Position numbers and translations under genes: made by a program. The notes beneath the pieces were generated by a model. That model had not been told where the DNA came from. It saw only the letters and a program-made list of their open reading frames with translations, and made no database searches. A stretch of DNA of 63,652 nucleotides, filler included, from Octopus bimaculoides (taxonomy: Eukaryota), in assembly GCF_001194135.2 (NCBI RefSeq). It is 9 parts of 9 records of this genome, joined end to end, with 100 filler letters (N's around TTAATTAATTAA, not from the genome) between each part and the next. Parts side by side here need not be neighbours in the genome. Positions count along the whole stretch, not along the records: positions 7,901 to 21,625 come from NC_068999.1; positions 21,726 to 31,371 come from NC_068982.1; 7 more parts are not named here. One strand, given 5' to 3'. Shown piece after piece: positions 12,431 through 24,994 of the stretch (positions are counted from its first letter, which is position 1; each line of letters opens with the position of its first letter).

Positions 12431-15400
12431 TATGCCTCTAAGCCTTTCATGTCCTTGCTGCAGTCACCCACTGTTCCTCCAATTCCTCTCTCCCTCCTCA
12501 CTACTACCCATCTAGGGTGCTTTTGCAGCATTCACACTCTTCTCTTCTTCCTTCTACCCCCATGACACCCTCCAGTGTCTCCTTCTTGCACCTTGCCCTG
12601 TCTTTTTGTCTCTTACTCCTATCTCCTTCATGGCTTCTCTGCCTCCTCAACTCCCTTCTCATTTTCTATCCCTGATGTACTCCAATGAACTCCCATATCT
12701 CTCTTTCCTTCAATGGTTGACTTAAGATTCTTCATCACCCTAGTCCATTACTCCCTTCCTTCCCCCTTTCACTCACACTTCCTATCCATACTTGATACTT
12801 ATGGTATTGGATAACCCTAGAACCATCTCCTTACAAAACCCACTCTGTTACATTTTAACTCCATCCCTTCTCAATAACAGCCGTTAATAATTCCTTCCTT
12901 TGCTCCTTTTCCCTGCCACACTTCTCCATCCTCTCCTCTTTCTTACCATCCCACATTCCTCGGTTATAGGGGTTACTTTAGGCCCTTACATCTTGCAAAA
13001 TATAAGGCTGTCATCACTAGTGCTAATAAAAAAGCACCCAGCACACTCTGTAAAGTGATTGGTGTTAGGAAGGGCATGAAGCCATAGAAGCATTGCTGAC
13101 ACTTTGACTCACTAGAACCTGTCAAACTGTCCAACTCATGGAAAAAATCAACCCAGTATTTTTTTAAAAGTCTGGTACTTATTCCATTGCATTTTCCACC
13201 AAACTGCTAAGTTATGTGCACATAAATAAACCAGTACCACTTGTCAAGCAATGGTAGGGAACAAACACAAAGATGTTCGCAAATACATACATATGCACAT
13301 ATCATCATCTTAATGGAAAAGTGAATGTTAAAATGATGATGATGATGATGATATATGGCCTTCCATTCAATCTCCATCTACCAGATCTACTCAGAGGGTA
13401 TTTGTCAGCTTGAGACTATAATAGATGATTTTTATGTTACACACTGTATTGTACACGGGACAATACACTCTACACTGTATACTACATACTGTATTATACA
13501 GTGCTATTCATTATATTATGCACACTACAATACACTATTATACTCTACTGTATAAGATTCCTAAGCTTAGTCCATTTGGCTCTAAATAGGAACCATAAGT
13601 AGATATATGTTACCAGTGTAAACAATAGGAACACTAATTCTGAAGAGATGCGATTAAAAACTTAAAGGTTTTATGTTATAAAAAAATATGAAAAAACGTA
13701 CAGTATATATGATAAGTTACTTGAGAATTTTTATAATTTATTAATTTGTATGGTAAAAGATGGTTTTAAAATATTGATATTGGTTTCAAATTTTGGCACT
13801 AGTCTATTATTTTCTGGGGAGCAGATAAGTCAATTATATTGCATTAGTGTCAAATTAATAACACAATTAATTACCTACCTACCTACCCAGCCACCCACAT
13901 ACATACATAGTATCTGAATGGAATAACAGGTAGGCAACGATAAAATCTGTATAGTCATAATGTCTGTACACAGTAATAATATTTATGTATACAATGATAA
14001 CATCTGTATACAATGATTATAGCTGTAGAGAATGATGTTGCTGAGAAGAGTAATCTGTATATGATGGTTATATATATAATGGTAATATATTCAATTCTAA
14101 TAAGGGTAAATATTGTTGATGTTATGATCCCGTTTCTTAGGAATCGAACCAGTTTTTGATTCTCAACAGAAATGTTTAATCTCATCTCTCATTATTGATG
14201 TTGTTGGGTAAAACATAATCTTGTGAGGACAAACGGTACAATTACTTCAGCCAGACTAAATCAAAAAAAAAAAAAAAGTTTCTCCCTTCAAAACTTCCAA
14301 GCTTTGTATTAATGTCTTCACAAACATTGACTAAAAGCTTTTCCCAATTTCAGTTACAAAAGTATCTTCTGATATTTTTTACTTTCCTCCAGTTCAAGAT
14401 GTTCTCAGCTATCTGACCGATGATGGGTTTTATCTCAGTAGTATAAGAGTTGTCTCCCTTACATTAGCTTACTCGGCCGTAATCTGACGTATTTGAAGCG
14501 AGTGTGACAGATAGTGGAATAGTTGAAAATAACTCGGTGACAGATCAGCTACGATATCAACCACCACTATGCATTTGTCATACACTCTCCTTACACTCTT
14601 CCTCCCTCTTCAACCATTTAGCTGCAACGCTTCCAACAAATCTTCCTCAACTATCCCGGTTAAGAGAGTACTGGATAAAAAATAAAAAAATAATTATTTA
14701 AAATCACACATATACATACATGAGGATGTACAAGTTGTCAGAGAGGGTCAGAGCCTTGCCAATTTCTTTTTAAGACAACTTAACTCTCAGTGGCTCTCCT
14801 TTAGTATCCAGTTCTCATTTGTGGCTCCATGGCCTGCATGTTGTTGTGTGTTACCGTCTGGACTATGGCATTAGCATTCTAGCAAAATCCAGCTTGCCAA
14901 CTGAGGGTAGTTGAGGAGTCAAACTCTTGGTAAAATTTTTTAAGGGCTTGTCACTCCATGCATGTGAAGACTGAATTTCCAACAGATTATCTGGAGGAAA
15001 CCCAACTTTCAGCCGTTGATATCCAGTAATATCATCACTGTGGGATGTATACCACAGAGCATGCTGAAATGTGTAGATCAATTAATACTACTGCATCCCA
15101 GGGATACTTACAGTGCATCTGTTAACAATATTGCAAGCCCTTCGAAATAATTCCATGTCTATCAGTATAACTGAGCTGTTTGAAGTAGCTCTGCTATATT
15201 TACTAGTGGTTCTGGTATTGGTGGTGTTGTTACTACCCTTCACTGCTATGGAAGCAGTTGTAGCAAGACTCATTTCTGTTCTGGCTTTTTATGTTCAGCT
15301 AACCATAAATAGACTCCACACGTTAATCTTGATTGTCTGACCTACCACATGAGTTTTGAACATTTGGTTGAGTCTTGTATTTTGATTGTTTGAGTATAGC

Positions 15401-16899
15401 ACGGGATATGGATCTCAGATCCAGTCATGTTGAGCATAATACATCCTTAAACAATTTTTTTCTGAGCCCTTTTTTGCCTATAAATAGCTTTATCAAATCA
15501 TTTTTGGGCAGTGAGGTGAGAGATTTTCCTGAAGCATGTCATATTTTCCTGCTGTTATAATGAAGCACTTGCAACCAACGATGGCCAGAGTTGAATTATC
15601 CTAACAATGGATAATCTATACAACCAACAGAATCCATTTAGTCCATTGTATAATGTAGCAGAGGAATAAAGTCTTGCTGTTATTTTAAAGTTTGTTTCTT
15701 GTCTTATTTCCATGTTATGTAATGGTATTCAACATTCCATAGTTAACCAAGAGAGATTTTATGACTTCACAACTAAACAGTTTATGTAGTAGTTGTAATG
15801 GTGGTTGTAATGGAGCAGTCCACATAAGTCTCTAATACACTACTCTGGCTACCCTTGTTGACTGTGTTGCCAATGTTACTAATTTGACTTAAGTGTCTAA
15901 CCTAGGAAAGGATTTGAAGTTGAATAAACTCCCATTAATCTTGTCACTCCCTCTTGTTGTCCTTGTTGCTGCTGTTGTAATTGATTTTACTGATGTGATT
16001 TTTACCTTCGGTATCAGTCACTTGGTTTGAAGTAGATGACAATGACTTCTTTCTCTCCTCTCTGGCACTATTTCATTGCATTCTTTGTATAAATTAAACA
16101 CTCTTTCACTCTCTGTGTTATATTCATCCTCAGTCAATATCATTTTTTCCAAAGAGATTTATTTAATTTTTTTGGAAAACTGACAATTTTGCAAAATAAA
16201 ATTTTGAATCCATCAAATTCCTCCTTCAAGAGGGTTGATGAAGCAAAACAGAAAAACTTACCCAAAGAAGAGAGACAGTTTCCCTATATAAGTGACAACA
16301 TTTTTTAACCAAATGCATCCTAATGTAATTGAAAAATATGAAAACTTTGGTAATTTTACAAAGTTGAAATTGAGTATGCCTTTCCTGTCAGTGTTATTTA
16401 CAACAACAACAGCAGCAGTAGCAACAACAACAACAACAACAACAATAATAAAGGGCAGATGAACTCAGAGTCAATAGCCATCCAACTATATGTCAGGTCA
16501 CTCATTGTGCTATTGGCAAAATGTAATTCAATACAATCTATTTTATGGTCAGGCCAGTAGCAATTAAATTGGCAGCCCTACCAAGCACTTGCCTGGTAAG
16601 GAGGGCGGATTTTGTTGGATGAATAACACAACCTGTAAAAGTGTGGATGATATCAATAGATTCAATGGCCATCCAACTATATGAGTGATAGATAGTGGAA
16701 GTAGCGATCAGTGCATGATAACCAGCTTGAATGAGGGCAGACAGGCCTCTCAAAAATCTTGGCCTACAACCTGTCTAGTGATGGTAACACGATATAATTA
16801 CTGGCTGGTGGTAACCTTAAACACATCAATTAAGAGAGAAATGTTAATAATGTGAAGTAATCCTAATGGTGTCAACGAGGCTGGAGCTTTTAGCAAAGG

Positions 16900-17575
16900 T
16901 GTTGCATCCAGCAGGTGTCCTGTGGAAAAGCATCCCAGGCCTTGTAATCAACAGCGAATGAGATTAAAATGGAGGAAGAACAACAAATTGTTGTTTGAAT
17001 GTTACAATAGAAGTGAATCAAAGAAAAGGGGCTATAGGAAAAGGTTATTAGAGCTCTGGAAAAATATTACCAATATGAAGAGCTGAAGGATGTGAGTGAA
17101 CAAAGATTAGCTGATCTGATTAGACAAATTTCAAATTTTGGCACAAAGCCAATTTCGGGGGAGAGGTAAAGTCAGCTGTATCGACCCCAATACTCAACTG
17201 GTACTTATTTTATTGAATTAAGATGAAAGGCAAAGTCAATCTCGGCAGAATTTGAACTCAGAATGTGAAGCCAGACGAAATACCACTAAGCATTTCACTC
17301 AGTGTGCTAACGCTTCTGCCAGCTTGTCACCTTAATCAGATTAGACAAATTAAGACCAAAGTGTGGTCACAGAAGATGGAACAAGAGAAGATTAGAATGG
17401 AAGTGATAAAGGGACTGCAGAGGACTACTGGTCCAAAAGAAATGCAGGTACAACTGGAAAATCAACAAAGCTGGCGTATGGGGGGAGGTGGATATCAACA
17501 ATATATAGAAGACATTAGTGCACCTCCAACTAGAAAGTCACTGGAAAAAATTAGTCCAGAACTAGCAACTCTGTA
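16900..17575 (+). mobile_element. Dong/R4-like non-LTR retrotransposon N-terminal fragment, interrupted by a SINE
   Basis: RLKWRKNNKLLFECYNRSESKKRGYRKRLLELW...VSEQRLADLIRQ|IKTKVWSQKMEQEKIR resembles the N-terminal domain of Dong/R4 ORFs. Confidence 0.65.
17131..17338 (-). mobile_element. SINE family B with 13-bp target-site duplication
   Basis: GATTAGACAAATT at 17118-17130 and at 17339-17351 flanks the SINE body. Confidence 0.9.
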
Positions 17576-18033
17576 ACAGAGTTCTGGAAGAAATATTATT
17601 TGAGTAAAGGAAAAGGTTACCATCATTGTACTTCTTTCTCAATGCACACCAGCATTACACATCTAGCAAAGTATACTTGTTTCATTTCTTCCTAGTTTTC
17701 TCAAATTCTTCCTATTCAAGGCTCATGTTTTGTTGACCTGCAGTATTACTTTTCACATGCAAGAATCACGCAATCAGCACTCTGAAGGAGGAGCCTTTTT
17801 TTTTGTACTAGCAAAGGTAATGGCTCCTTGAGCTTTTTCCAATCCATCTTTATACTGGTTATTATGCTTTCTAAGTAGCCATCTCCATTAAGATAACAGA
17901 AACTGTCGACTATTTCCTAGAGGTTGTCAAATTTAAGGGAATTTATTTCCCTATATGCTCTTAGTGTTTATAAGCACTATAACCTGCCACATAAAAAAGT
18001 TACTTTAAAAAAAAAACCGGTCTGTGTTTCTAC

Positions 18034-18636
18034 TACATCTGTTGTACCTCAATTGTCTACACTATGTATACCGTATGGAATTTCTATCGCTTTTATACAT
18101 ATTGAACATGGCCATTTCCTTAATGGTAGCAAGGACATCTCCCTTTTGGGGTCGGTAAGTACCAGTTAAACATTAGGTCGATGTAATCGACTAGTTCCCT
18201 CCCCCAAATTTCAAACCTTGTGCCTATAGTAGAAAGAATTATTATTATTTTAAGGCAGCGAACTGGCAGAATCGTTAGCACGCCGGGCGAAATGCTTAAC
18301 GATATTTCGTTTGACGTTACGTTTTGAGTTCAAATTCCGCCGAGGTCGACTTTGTCTTTCATCCTTTCAGGGTTGATAAATTAAGTACCAGTGAAACACT
18401 GGAGTCGATGAACAATGGAGGTACATCTGTTGTACCTCCATTGTTTACACTATGCATACCGTATGGAATTTCTATCGCTTTTATACATATTGAACATGGC
18501 CATTTCCTTAATGGTAGCAGGGACATCTCCCTTTTGGGGTCGGTAAGTACCAGTTAAACATTAGGTCGATGTAATCGACTAGTCCCCTCCCCCAAATTTC
18601 AGGCCTTGTGCCTATAGTAGAAAGAATTATTATTAT
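18034..18636 (+). repeat. About 215-bp direct repeat (18034-18248 / 18422-18636) separated by a SINE B 5' part
   Basis: Near-identical sequence. The ORFs at 17924 and 18324 share IPYGISIAFIHIEHGHFLNGS.DISLLGSVSTS. Confidence 0.9.
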
Positions 18637-19020
18637 TGTTATTAGCAAGGCAGCAAGCTGGCAGAATCGTTAGCACACCGGGCAAAATGCTTAGTGTGAT
18701 TTTACGTTCTGAGTTCAAATTCTACCAAGGTTGACTTTGCCTTTCAATCTTATGGGGTCAATAAAATAAGTATCAGTGGAGCAGTAGGGTTGATGTATTC
18801 AACTTACCCCTCCCCCCAAATTGCTGGTTTTGTGCTAAAATTTGAAAATATTAATATCATTAGTAGTAGTAAGGTAGCAAGCTGGGCAAAATGCTTATTA
18901 GTATTCCATCTGCCTTTAAATTTTGAGTTCAAATTCTGCCTGGTTCGACTTTGCCTTTCATTCTTTCAGGAATTGATAAAAAGAATATCAGTCAAGTACT
19001 GGGTCGATGTAAAGTTGATT
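18252..19020 (+). mobile_element. Tandem cluster of SINE family B copies
   Basis: Repeated aaggc.gc.a.ctggcagaatcgttagcac.ccggg heads and gagttcaaattc.gccgaggtcgactttg bodies, with (ATT)n tails. Confidence 0.85.
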
Positions 19021-19748
19021 GGTATGTATAGAACCGGTGTATAGATGCTGGCTACATTGACACAGGTTAGATAAAAAATAAATCAATATCAGTTTATTTC
19101 GACTCTTGTAAGAATGTAATCAGTGATATTTGAATATATCTCTGATAATTATACAGAAGGAAGTAGAATCATAATTAACAACATAAAGATGGAATCATAA
19201 AGGAAGTTAAAAATTATGTAGTTAAGTTATACTTTTAATAGGTCAACTATTTTCCAGTGACACCGCATAGAGCATATCAACTACGTTGCAGTGACTGGAA
19301 AAAAATTATTTCTAAACAAAGCTATTTAAAAAATATTTCGGATCTACGAAGCCATAAAGTCTCCAAACAATAATTTACACTTTAAATTAGATTACATTTC
19401 AATTATAATGAAATATATGATATAGTTTGAGTAATTCTGAATCTGTGCAATTATATAACATTACGTAACGAAAACAAAGGGAGGATATATAAATATATAC
19501 ATATATTATATATATGTATATTTTCTCTACTTCCGTCACAAAAACGAGATCGTACGAAAATATAAAATATGTTGATTAAATAAAAAAAACTTAGTGTAAA
19601 CTTCATCATTTAAATGAATTTGTCATTTATTAATTTTCGAGACGTTATTAAAATATCATAAAGCAAATCACACCTAGTTTATTTTGAATTTGAAAAAGGC
19701 CAACTGCTAATGAAATATATAGATATTATAAGCAGCGTCCGCTAAGCA

Positions 19749-19820
19749 GGTCTCATGGTGTAATGGTTAGCACTCTGGACTTTGAATCCAGCGATCCGAG
19801 TTCAAATCTCGGTGAGACCT
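19749..19820 (+). tRNA. trnQ-TTG: tRNA-Gln (TTG)
   Basis: GGTCTCA...TGAGACC acceptor stem, CTGGA-CTTTGAA-TCCAG anticodon arm, CCGAG-TTCAAAT-CTCGG T arm, and downstream T-runs at 19825-19834. Confidence 0.97.
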
Positions 19821-20182
19821 TAAATTTTCTTTTTGCTCTAAACAAAGAAGAATTTTTCAAGTAAATTATCATTCAATGTATTTTAATTTCTTCTCTGATT
19901 ATTGATTATAAATCTGTGTTAGATTAAGTGATATTGGTATTAATAACTGCATTAGTCATGTAATTATCAATGTCAGTTCTGGCTATAGAGCAGGCTTTGA
20001 TTACTCAAAATTGTATTCCAAATATAATTTAATTTTCTCTCACGGTCTATAACGCTAGCAAAAGAAATGAACATCACAATTACGAACTCGCATTTCGTAA
20101 ATCTGTGACTTCGAACTGAAATATTCAAAATCATACAAATAAATTCAAACAATAAAAACACCATAAAAAAAAATTCTCCTGT

Positions 20183-20254
20183 CTCCCCGGCGGGGAATCG
20201 AACTCCGGTCTCCCGCGTGACAGGCGGGGATACTTACCACTATACTACCGAGGA
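20183..20254 (-). tRNA. trnD-GTC: tRNA-Asp (GTC), with an A52:C62 T-stem mismatch
   Basis: Minus strand reads TCCTCGGTAGTATAGTGGTAAGTATCCCCGCCTGTCACGCGGGAGACCGGAGTTCGATTCCCCGCCGGGGAG. A T9 terminator lies 10 nt downstream. Confidence 0.93.
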
Positions 20255-21014
20255 ACAGACGCTTATTAAGGGTCATTATTAATGTATTTATTACGTGTTC
20301 CATCACGCACTTGTTCTTTGAAGTAGTTGACTAAAAAGTGAGGCAAGGAGAATTGTAATTACGGAAAGATTCAAATTTTTACCGAGCTGGATAATATTAG
20401 CAAAAACCTGAAATTTTCTCTTCGTTTTCAATAAACAGCGCAGTTGTGTTCGATGCAAATATAAATACACTTCATCGATTCAGTTAATTTCTGTTAGTTT
20501 ATTTAGGCGATTTAGGTTTAGCTATTAAGCCAAAGAAAAAGCGACATTAGGTATCTAGACCTCTAAATTAAAATTTAATTTGTTTGATAAACGTTAACTA
20601 TTGCCTGTTAAAACAAGAGTTACAAGAAGCCTGTCTTCACTAGTATTTTTATGATTGAGAAATTTGCTTTCCGTCACTAAATTCAACATTTGTCAGAAAA
20701 ATAATAAATCCGAGATATTTATTTTCTTTCATTTTTGGAACAAAGCTCGAAATCTGTTTGTACAAAATTTGATCTTTGTGGCTATGATCACTGTCTACAA
20801 TTTTGTTCCAGTTGTTTTCAAATTTGGTAGATGGATTAAGTTTTGTATACTAATTATGAAAATGAAATACATTCTCCCTATAAATTCATAATTAGAAAGT
20901 TATTAGCCTTTAACATTTTCAAAATTTGGGTATTTTAGCCAATCAGAAGCAAGTAGTTTACACAGTACCGTAAAGTTCTGTTAGCATAGTAAGCAAAGAA
21001 ACATCATTTGTTCC

Positions 21015-21420
21015 ATGGCTGATTGCGAAGAACTCTGTTTCATAGTAACCAAAGATGCTGCGCATGCGCACAACGACCAAATAGAGTGTAATCAACAAAT
21101 TGAGAGTACCTGGGCATCTTTAAAGCTTAGTAGCAAACGTGGGACACACTTCTCTATGGTTGATTCTTATCTTTGTGAATTTATGTGGAGAAGGAAATAT
21201 GAAGATGAAGAAGATAATTTATTTTATAAAACCCTAGAGTGTATTGCAAACTTTCGTTCTTTAATTCTAACTAATAAATGTCTGCTTTAAGCAATGTTTT
21301 GACTGTTAATTCTAGCAACTTCTGTTGGTTTGCTCGGAGCTTTCAAATATTCAATTTGCTCGCGAATCTTTTAATGTTTTTCACTGTTTACTGTAGCTAG
21401 TTTAATGTTTTGACATGCCG
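21015..21420 (+). mobile_element. Merlin (IS1016/ISXO2-like) transposase C-terminal fragment
   Basis: ORF 21015..21290 contains QIESTWASLKLSSKRGTHFSMVDSYLCEFMWRRKY, the characteristic Merlin C-terminal motif. The right end is uncertain. Confidence 0.7.
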
Positions 21421-21944
21421 GTGCCTCCCTTCCCACCGAATTTATTCCTATATATGTCTTGTATTTCATCAACACTAGAGAGAAAGATTTTAGGGACGGA
21501 AGAAAATTCCGTAATTGTCTTTATTCTGGTGCTTAACCACTTCTATAAACTGGATGGTTGACTCATAATAGATTTAATATATGTATGTGTCTACATACAG
21601 CCCCAAACACACGTACGCACATATANNNNNNNNNNNNNNNNNNNNNNNNNNNNNNNNNNNNNNNNNNNNTTAATTAATTAANNNNNNNNNNNNNNNNNNN
21701 NNNNNNNNNNNNNNNNNNNNNNNNNATATTCGTTTTAAAGAATATGGCTACGAACGAGGAAGATATGTTTGAATTTTTGGAAATAAGGCTCTAAATAGAG
21801 CTATTTCCGATTTGAAAAATATATGTTCACGAAGTATTTTGTGTTATACACAACTTATACAAAATTTTAAAACAAAATAGGTCTTTTAAGAGGTGAAAAA
21901 TGCAACTTACATGGGAGCCGATGTGTCTACCGTCCGTCCATGAT

Positions 21945-21945
<1 letters not shown>

Positions 21946-21977
<32 letters not shown>

Positions 21978-21978
21978 G

Positions 21979-22020
<42 letters not shown>

Positions 22021-22021
22021 T
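21946..22021. repeat. (GATA)n tetranucleotide microsatellite
   Basis: Read directly. Confidence 0.95.
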
Positions 22022-22356
22022 GCACATATTCATCTCGACTTACATTTAAATGTCATACTCGCATACTCAATGGGTTAGATTTAAACTTTGTAAGCATATT
22101 CGTATTACGTTCCATTTAAACATATTTCTCATACACATATCTGCTTTCATTTAATCATCATATATTTTGACATATTAGTGTACATTTAAATATCGTAACA
22201 TCTACGCATTAGGTTACTTTGAAACTTCATTCATATATATATTGACCCCATTTATATATTATGCACATATGTATAATGGCTTAGATGTAAAACCTCACAC
22301 AGATATACACATTGACTTACGTTTTAACATCGCAAACATGCACATATATAAATATA

Positions 22357-22789
22357 GGAGGGTGAGTCAAAAAGTAATGCCATTTCGTTTAGGACAGGTA
22401 TAATTACCAATACAAGAACATCTATCATGCATCAAAATGAGGTTGTAGATACAGTTTTCACTTCCTCGTCACTGGAATAATGTTTGCCTCTCAAACCCTG
22501 TTTCCTTGGGCCGAAGAGCTGATAGTCCCGCGATGATGATAGTCCAGTGACGAGGAAGTGAAAACTGTAATGAAGTGGCTCAAAGGGCAGTCAACAGAAT
22601 TTTACGGGGCAGGGATGCATGCTCTCATTTGAAGGTGGAACACTACTATTGAGAGAAACGGTGACTATGTTGAGAAGTAGGGCTGTGATCCACAGAGGAC
22701 CAGCTTCATTTTGATGTATGATACATGTTCTTCTGTTGGTAATTATACCTCTCCTAAACAAAATGGCATTACTTTTTCACTCACCTTTG
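22357..22789 (+). mobile_element. Internally deleted mariner derivative (MITE) with about 85-bp TIRs and TA flanks
   Basis: TA|GGAGGGTGAGTCAAAAAGTAATGCCATTT ... AAATGGCATTACTTTTTCACTCACCTTTG|TA. The interior retains DEEVKTVMKWLKGQSTEFYGAGMHALI*RWNTTIERNGDYVEK*. Confidence 0.9.
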
Positions 22790-24961
22790 TATATATAACG
22801 TTACATTTAACAATCATAGGAAAAATATATATCAGTTTGAATTTTAACATCATGCACATGAACATATTGGCTAACATTTTAACATCAATAGCGAGACAGT
22901 CCATTGTTTGTTTTTTCTTTTTGGAAGACTCAACTCGTTGAACTGGGAAAATGTGCATAACAAGGCTATAAGCTATACTGTAGGATTTGAGCTGAGATTT
23001 ACGAGTCAACGAAGCAGATTCGTAAATTATGCTTTTCTGCGGCTGTTCGCAGCAGTTAGCTACGTCATGACATCAATTAGTAAATAGACGAACTCTATCA
23101 ACATGGCAGGATTGTATGTATCTGTGTATGTATGCATGTATGCATACGGGTTTTATGTAACTTTACCTGTCTACTTCTCGCTATATCTCCTCTCTCTCTT
23201 TCTCTCTCTCTGTTTGTCTCTCCCTCTCTCTCTTTCTCTATTTATATGTGTGTGTGTGCAAATAAATAAATAAATAAATACTATTTAGGTAAAGTAAAAT
23301 CTAAGCTGTGTATTCTTGAAGCACATCTACTTATTCCAGTATTCCAAATATTGTTGTGTATATATGTGAGGTATATATAAAAGTTAAAGATTCTGGAAAT
23401 ACTGTTTGTAGAGTGGTTATATATCAAAACAGAAAGCTGAAAAAGTTTCCGATATGAATTACACATGAAATTACACATGAAATTCTTCAGACTTGAGAAT
23501 AAAATCTTGTAATAGTTCTGCTTGTTCTTCCGTTAGTTAACCCGTCTGTAACGATTCCACGTGATTAGTTGAAGGAGGAGAGGAGCGATGGGAGAGATGG
23601 GAGAGGGAGTGGTGGGAGGAGGAAAGGTGAGAAGAAGGGGAGAAGAGATAGTGGAGGGAGAGGTGATTGTGAATGAAATGTGCAATTTTTTAAAATAAGT
23701 TTTTGTCTGTTACTTAGCCCGTCGTCGAAGAGTGAAAGAAAAAGGTGAGAGAAAAAGAGGGTAAGGCGAAAAGTGAGAGAGAAAGAGGGAGAGTGCTGTG
23801 TATTAAGTCTATAAAATTGCGCATAAAGTATATCAATCGTATATATAAAGTGTATTAAGTAATCGTCGTATTCCGACTTCTTTCACTTATCAATGATTAG
23901 CAGATAAGCGACTATCTTTTCATGCAGACCAGATCAGGGCTTTGGGTAAAGTTTTCAGAAGAAAAAAACCGATAAGTTTACGATTAACTCCTTGAAATAT
24001 TCACCGGTCCCGCTAGTTATAAATATTATTTGATTCCTTGTCTGAAGGGTTTCTAACAGTAAATTCTCTATGTTTATCTACCATGTACGCCTTTCCAATT
24101 TCTATTAACATACAAAACATGCTTAATAATGAATAAATAGCACCAAAAAGTTTTTCGAACTTCTTCTTTCGATCTAGCAATCCATCTGTCTATCTCTCTA
24201 TCAATCTATCTATCAATCTATATGTATATATATATATATATATATATNNNNNNNNNNNTCTATCAATCTATATGTATATATAAGTAACAAGACTGTGTGT
24301 GAGGAAGAGAGAGAGAGTATGTATATGTGTGTATTTGTCTACGTGTGTCTCTGTGTGTGTAGATATGTATGTTTTTGTGTGTGTGTATACATTCATACAC
24401 ACCGCATATAATTTTGACTTTTGTAAAGAATGCAATTTATGCAATGCACTTTAATTTTACATTTGAAAACAAGATTAAATTATTACTCATTTTTAAATAA
24501 AAGAGTAAAACTATGCAGTCATATTATGTCACCATTTAGAAACGTGTATTTTAGCTATGCTTTAAAGTTAATCCATATGCTCTATGGTGTTTCAAACACT
24601 ACTTGTGGTACAAATATTACCAATTCAACATCGCTAGAGTATTAATTGCGGATATTGAATTATATAAAAACCATGTGACAAAAAAAAAAAAAAGTATGTG
24701 TTTTTTTCATTAATTAAACGGGAGCAAAAAAAAAATTAAAGCAGAACACATTAGTTGGGAATGTTGATCCTTTGAGGTTCCAAAACTCATACACGATCTA
24801 AGAATTAGAATCGCGAATCGCAAATGCCTTCCTTTCTCTTCTTCACCGTATACTTCTCTCTCTCTCTCCGATAGCAGAAAGAGAGAGAGTACAAACGTGA
24901 ACGAAAATACTCAATACATGAATTAGAGTATATATGTGTGTATATATACATNNNNNNNNNN

Positions 24962-24994
<33 letters not shown>

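Noticed and set aside
14418-14488. C/D snoRNA-like ATGATG...CTGA
   Set aside because: The C box is imperfect, there is no terminal stem, and I recognised no rRNA or snRNA complement.
23950-24080. Minus-strand LQTRNQIIFITSG... resembling an LRR
   Set aside because: The register does not fit LxxLxLxxN and there are no 72-nt splice boundaries.
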